Shown in pieces: positions 59,079 through 64,000 of a stretch of 64,000 nucleotides of DNA. The notes under the pieces were generated by a model. It had not been told where the DNA came from. It was given only the letters and a program-made list of their open reading frames with translations, and did not search any database. Every line of letters starts with the position of its first letter. Position 1 is the first letter of the stretch. Position numbers and translations under genes: made by a program. Source of the stretch: Candidatus Bathyarchaeota archaeon. Its GTDB lineage: Archaea > Thermoproteota > Bathyarchaeia > 40CM-2-53-6. The stretch lies in the NCBI GenBank assembly GCA_963733055.1, contig CAVTBR010000001.1, positions 672,001 to 736,000 on the forward strand. The letters run 5' to 3'.

Positions 59079-59901
59079 TTACTCTCTTAGGTTATTTGAG
59101 GAATTCAAGGCCTCCTTCCTCAAAGACCTCCGGTCCTACATCCGATATCCAGCATGGCTCATAGGGGAATTTGTAAGTACCCCACTCTGGTTCTTCTTTT
59201 TCGCACTAGGCGTAACCCTCTTCGCGCCGGTCGCTTCAACCGCGTCCAACGTCCCTGGCGGTGGCTCTGGGATGGCGTACTTCTTTTTCGGGTTTATTTT
59301 CATCATACTATTCAGCACCTCGGTCTGGGGAGTTGGTCAAAGTGTCAGAAACGAACAAACATCTGGAACATTGGAACAATTCTTCCTCGCCCCCGCCAAC
59401 CGCGCCACACTGATCCTCGGTCGGTGGGCTAGAATCTTCTTGACCGACTCACTCATCATCGGTTACACGACTTTGATACTTTATCTGCTCGGCGGAACCG
59501 CCGTCAGCGTTCTCAACCCTGCGCTCTTTCTCGTCTCTCTAGCACTTTATGAGGTCAGTTTGATTGGTTTCGGGCTTTTCATGGCGGGTTTGACTATGCG
59601 AATCAAGGCTTTCAACTCGGTTGGAAACTTGATTTTCTTCGGGTACATGATTCTTACAGGTGCACTCTTCCCGATCACCGTCCTCCCTACTCCGGTTCGC
59701 TACTTCTCGATGGTGATCCCATTCACATACCTAAACGACGTGATGAGACATGCAGCGTTGGGTACGTCTACCATTTTTCCGTTGAATCTCGAGTATGTCG
59801 CCGCGGTAGCGTCGTCTTTGTTCATGCTAGTATTCGGTTTTGTTTCATTCAATAGAATTGAGCAAGACGCTAGGGTCAAGGGCAGCATTGCCTCCAGTTA
59901 A
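59059..59901 (+). CDS. ABC-2 type exporter permease
   Basis: EQTSGTLE...APA, GALFP..LP, PFTY; start uncertain. Confidence 0.9.
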   Translation: MNSRNTSYSLRLFEEFKASFLKDLRSYIRYPAWLIGEFVSTPLWFFFFALGVTLFAPVASTASNVPGGGSGMAYFFFGFIFIILFSTSVWGVGQSVRNEQTSGTLEQFFLAPANRATLILGRWARIFLTDSLIIGYTTLILYLLGGTAVSVLNPALFLVSLALYEVSLIGFGLFMAGLTMRIKAFNSVGNLIFFGYMILTGALFPITVLPTPVRYFSMVIPFTYLNDVMRHAALGTSTIFPLNLEYVAAVASSLFMLVFGFVSFNRIEQDARVKGSIASS

Positions 59902-59919
59902 CTAAGCGACCATCACTCA

Positions 59920-60903
59920 GTGTTACTCTTGGAGTTCAAGGAACTCGGTAAATCAGGAATCAAAACCTCAGCCGTCGGGCTTGGTACCTGGCAGTGGGGA
60001 AGCCGCGAATGGGGGTGGAACCGAAACTACGGAAAGAAAGAGGTGCTCGAAGCATTTCAAAAGGCTCTCGAAGTTGGAATCAATTTCATAGACACAGCTG
60101 AGATTTATGGAAGAGGAAAATCCGAGCAACTGATCGGTGAGGCGATCAAAGGGTACCGTGACGAAGTCGTCATAGCCACAAAGGTATGGCCTTGGAATCT
60201 AACATCCGGAGGAATCATTCGATGCGCGGATAGGAGTGCATACAGGTTGGGTGTAGATGTAATCGATCTTTATCAGATCCACTGGCCAAATCCGTTCTTC
60301 CCAATCCGCAATACAATGAAAACTATGAAAAAACTCGTACAACTTGGGAAGGTGCGTTGCGTCGGCGTTAGCAATTTCAATCTGGCGAGAACTAAGGCGG
60401 CCCAGATGGCTCTGTCGCCGCTAGAACTGGCGTCAAACCAAGTCAAGTATAACTTGCTCGACAGAAAAATTGAGAGCGACCTTCTCCCTTACGCTCAGAG
60501 CTCTAATGTTACAGTTATCGCATACAGCCCATTGGCGCACGCCTTGCTAACGGGCAGGTACACGCCTAAGACTAGACCAACGAGCCTAGTCCAGGCCGCC
60601 AACCCGAGATTCTCATCCCAAAATTTGACTAAAATGATTAACTTCTTGCAATTACTCTCATCAATAGCGAGCGAGCACAACAGAACGGTTTCGCAAGTCG
60701 CGTTGAACTGGTTGATAAGCAAACCAAACGTGGTTGCCATACCCGGGTCCAAGAGACCCGAACATGTTGCTGATATGGCTGGAGCTGTGGATTGGCGGCT
60801 CAGAGAAAACGAAATCAAGAGACTCGAGTTGGCGGCCTCAGAAATAAGGTTCGATTGGTTGAGTGGAATTCCAAATCTTCTCAGAGCCGTATTACATCTC
60901 TGA
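59920..60903 (+). CDS. Aldo/keto reductase
   Basis: GLGTW, DTAEIYG, ATK, DLYQIHWP, GVSNF, AYSPL, IPG. Confidence 0.93.
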   Translation: MLLLEFKELGKSGIKTSAVGLGTWQWGSREWGWNRNYGKKEVLEAFQKALEVGINFIDTAEIYGRGKSEQLIGEAIKGYRDEVVIATKVWPWNLTSGGIIRCADRSAYRLGVDVIDLYQIHWPNPFFPIRNTMKTMKKLVQLGKVRCVGVSNFNLARTKAAQMALSPLELASNQVKYNLLDRKIESDLLPYAQSSNVTVIAYSPLAHALLTGRYTPKTRPTSLVQAANPRFSSQNLTKMINFLQLLSSIASEHNRTVSQVALNWLISKPNVVAIPGSKRPEHVADMAGAVDWRLRENEIKRLELAASEIRFDWLSGIPNLLRAVLHL

Positions 60904-60985
60904 TCATTGAAATGTGGCTGCTGGGTGATTCTGGAAACTTTAAGCCAAGGTTGCGGTAAGTAGACGTTCTTCAGGGCGCGTATAG

Positions 60986-62026
60986 TTGGTTGCCACGCTT
61001 CGGCTAGGTTATTGGGCGGCTCAGGAACAGTACGATCCTCAACGCCTGCTCCAATACGCGGTGCATGCCGAGGTCGTAGGCTTCGACATGATAGTTACCA
61101 GCGATCATTTTCACCCATGGGGCGACACTGGCGGCCAGTCAGGGTTTCCATGGATATGGCTTGCGTCCGCCGCCGAAAAGACTAGGAAAGTTGAAGTTGG
61201 AACAGCGGTCACAACTCCCCTCTTCCGTTACCATCCCGCGATAGTGGCGCAGGCGTTCGCAACCCTCGATAATCTCTACCCCGGACGAATCTTCGTAACA
61301 CTCGGTACAGGGCACTCGATGAATGAAACACCGCTCGGATTCAAGTGGCCTGGTTTTGAGGAAAAGGTCGTGCGGTTACAGGAAGCAGTTGAGATTATAC
61401 AGAAATTATGGGCGGGGGATTTTGTAACTTACGAAGGGAAGTACTATCACCTGAACAAGGCGAAGCTGTACACGAAACCTAAGACTAAGATCCCCGTCTA
61501 CCTAGCCACCTCCAACGAAAGGATAGCCCGCCTTGCGGGACAGTTCTGTGATGGCATCCTAACCAACCCTAGGGGACTCGACAGGTTCAGAAAGATTGTA
61601 AGCGCAATGGAGAGGGCAGCCACAAGGGTGGGACGAGACCCGTCGAAACTTAGCAAAAGCATGGAGTTCAAAGTCGCTTACGACATAGACTACAACCGCG
61701 CACTAAAATCAGCCATGTTCTGGGCCACCACCGCGATACCGAGAGAAAAACGGGAAAACGTCTGGGATCCCAGGGAGCTTCAGGCCCTAGTTGGACCAGA
61801 AGAGGAGAAGAAGATCAAGGAATCCTGGCTCATCACGACCGATTCGGATGATATCATCAAACGCCTTGGAGAATTCCTCAAAATGGGCTTCGATAGAGTG
61901 TACATACACAGCGCGAGTCCGATCGAAGAACGATTTCTCAACCTTCTAGGACGCGAGATACTCCCGTGGATGCGCGAATACTACGAGAGTCTCTTCCGGC
62001 CGGTGCGCACCGTAGCCGTCGAATGA
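60986..62026 (+). CDS. F420-dependent LLM-class oxidoreductase (FGD/G6PDH-like)
   Basis: EQY, SDHFHPW, RYHPAIVAQAFATL, GTGHSMNE, AKLYTKP, DPRE. Confidence 0.88.
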   Translation: MVATLRLGYWAAQEQYDPQRLLQYAVHAEVVGFDMIVTSDHFHPWGDTGGQSGFPWIWLASAAEKTRKVEVGTAVTTPLFRYHPAIVAQAFATLDNLYPGRIFVTLGTGHSMNETPLGFKWPGFEEKVVRLQEAVEIIQKLWAGDFVTYEGKYYHLNKAKLYTKPKTKIPVYLATSNERIARLAGQFCDGILTNPRGLDRFRKIVSAMERAATRVGRDPSKLSKSMEFKVAYDIDYNRALKSAMFWATTAIPREKRENVWDPRELQALVGPEEEKKIKESWLITTDSDDIIKRLGEFLKMGFDRVYIHSASPIEERFLNLLGREILPWMREYYESLFRPVRTVAVE

Positions 62027-62125
62027 CTATGGGCTCAGCACACGTTGGAGCACCGTCTGTGGCCCTGTCAGGCTAATGGCACAATAGAGAGGAGAAAGGG
62101 ATTGCACCCCTTCGGTTCGAGACGA

Positions 62126-63140
62126 CTACTTAGGTGAAGTTTTGTCGCCTTGCTTCGTTGTTCCTGCAAGAGGTACGGGGATCATCTGTCGCGCGTGTTC
62201 TAGTTCGCTCAGGATCAATGAAATTGCGTTTCCTTGTGGAACAATGATCTTCGCGTTGTCCTTCAAGGATGTCGCGATTGTATCAAGTTGCTTGAAGGTG
62301 ATCGCGGTGTCTTTGAAGTAGGTCGTTAGCGCTTCGTTACGCAGCCTAGTTGCTTCAGCGTCGCCTTCAGCAATTTTTATCGTCGCTTGCCGTTGACCCT
62401 CGGCTTCAAGAATTGCGGACTGCTGACTCCCTTCCGCGTTCTTGATTGCGGCTCGCTTGAAGCCGTCGGCCTCAAGTTCTTCGAGCGTTTGCTTGGTTCT
62501 GAGCGGCTAAGCGTAGGTTGTCGGCTTTGATGACGTTATTCATCGATTCTTGGATGTCGGGGGGAGGCTGGAGGTCTTTCAACTCCGCACGCATGATTTC
62601 AATCCCCCAGTCGGCGGATTGCTGAGATAGTTGATCCTTCAGTTCTGCATTGATTTTCTCTCGGCCAATGTTCGCTTCGCTCATTTCCATTGTACCAATG
62701 ATGTTTCGAAGAGTGGTGCGCGCGAGCATTTCGATCTGTGCCTCGAAATTATTCACGTTGTACTCGCTGGCCTTAACCGACTGCTCGTCAGGCTTGACTT
62801 TGAAGAATACAACCGCATCGACGTTCAGTACTACCTTATCCTTTGTTATGACCTGCTGAGGTTGGACTTGGCTCATGCGCTCGGTGATGTTAATGCGAAT
62901 AAGGCGATCGATCAATGGTCCGAGAAATGTTAGGCCAGGTTGAACGAATTTATGATATTTACCGTATCTTTCCACTAGGCCTCGTTCCGTGGGCCTAACT
63001 ACTCTCGCGCTTTTGCTCACAAGCCATAGGATAAGTACCACTATAAACAGCAGTGGAAGCCAAATCCAAGCAGCTGTGCCAACGTCTGGCGAAAGATTGG
63101 TCTGCGAAACCGAACTTAACTGATTCAGATAAAAGATCAT
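62126..63140 (-). pseudogene. SPFH/band 7 (QmcA-like) membrane protein, one frameshift near 62481 (likely assembly error)
   Basis: ERGLVERYGKY, VITKD, TTLRNIIG, WGI; coiled-coil tail EADGFKRAAIKNAEG...AEG in the next frame to TAG 62126. Confidence 0.85.
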
Positions 63141-63390
63141 TCTTTACACCTGCGTGAGAGAATGCTCAGTTTCGAGGACATAAGAGCAGTCCCTAACAGT
63201 GGGTATATGACATCGACCGTTTCAAGGTCCCAACCAAAGTTCGACTTACAATATGCAAAATCTATAGAAAATGCAAGGGCGTTTCCCACCGAGGAACATA
63301 TCAAATCAGGATAAATGGGGCAGCGATCTTAAGTCTCGCGAATAAGGAAACCCCAATATTCCACGAATCCTTGTGCGGGCTTGAGTGTTC

Positions 63391-63678
63391 ATGTCGAAAC
63401 CGGATGATATTGGATTTAGCCCATTGGATGAGCTTGACCGTAGTGAAGCTCGCATTGTTGTAAAATTGGAGTTTAGGCGGTTTCGCAAGCCCGTGACTAT
63501 AATACAAGGTCTGCCGGACGCGCGACTTGCGGACATTGCTCGTGAACTCAAGCGCAAGTTCGGTGCGGGAGGAACGACGAAGGGCAATGAGGTTCTACTT
63601 CAGGGGGATCATCGGAATCATGTTAAAGACGAGTTGGTCAAGCTGGGGTTCCCAGCCGACCACATTGACATGATCTAA
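63391..63678 (+). CDS. SUI1/aIF1-family translation initiation factor
   Basis: RRFRKPVTIIQG, LKRKFGAGGT, LQGDHR. Confidence 0.9.
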   Translation: MSKPDDIGFSPLDELDRSEARIVVKLEFRRFRKPVTIIQGLPDARLADIARELKRKFGAGGTTKGNEVLLQGDHRNHVKDELVKLGFPADHIDMI

Positions 63679-63692
63679 GACGTTCGATTAAC

Positions 63693-64000
63693 TCAGGATG
63701 TTACCGAGTGGTGCCATCGGAGGATGTACTCCGGTAGTCTGAGTCCCCGTTCTCCAACCTTCTCGACAAGGTAGATTGGTAGTGGGCTTAGTGCGAAGGC
63801 GGTTTTGATGTAGAAGCTATTCGGTTTTCCTTCCACACCGTTGCCCTTTATCGTGAAAGAGAGATCGGATGTTGCGGCGATGGTGCTGTCGGGGTTTCCG
63901 ACAATTGAGGCGACGGTGGCTCCCATGCGCTTGAAGTTTTTGCACCACCCTGCAACAATCTCCGTCTCCCCACTATTCGAGATCACTAGCAGTACGTCGC
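63693..64000 (-). CDS. SIS-domain sugar isomerase-like protein (partial, runs off the window)
   Basis: DVLLVISNSGET...GATVASIVGNPDSTIA..SD. Confidence 0.75.
   Translation of the reverse strand, partial: DVLLVISNSGETEIVAGWCKNFKRMGATVASIVGNPDSTIAATSDLSFTIKGNGVEGKPNSFYIKTAFALSPLPIYLVEKVGERGLRLPEYILRWHHSVTS

Noticed and set aside
18356-63140. Selenocysteine or pyrrolysine readthrough as the cause of split genes
   Set aside because: Each split involves a frame change, not an in-frame TGA or TAG

Overview
Gene-dense archaeal chromosome segment, most likely a TACK-group (Bathyarchaeia-like) heterotroph. Evidence: NreA with a PIP box, crenarchaeal-type SSB, SUI1/aIF1, a BHB-intron tRNA, CFI-box-CTERM and PEF-CTERM proteins, GGAGGTGA Shine-Dalgarno motifs and frequent TTG starts. 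It carries housekeeping, carbon-metabolism (Acs/SatP, malic enzyme, GndA, Gad, GAPN, F420-dependent LLM oxidoreductases), surface-protein and DNA-repair genes. I saw no CRISPR array, transposase or provirus. Main points: (1) a complete, split bacterial-type NHEJ locus (Ku, ligase, PolDom, phosphoesterase) with a DUF72 gene in the Ku-ligase operon; (2) an unannotated ~260-nt multi-branched structured RNA candidate at 44.3-44.6 kb; (3) a small structured unit encoding a peptide that ends in an ssrA-tag-like ...ALAA; (4) tRNA-Ser(CGA) with two introns; (5) several unannotated metal-binding microproteins; (6) a TrxB homologue lacking CxxC behind malic enzyme; (7) seven single-base frameshifts in six genes, mostly best explained as assembly errors, one at a G_GGA_AAG slippery site. 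All calls come from motif recognition by eye; no searches were run.
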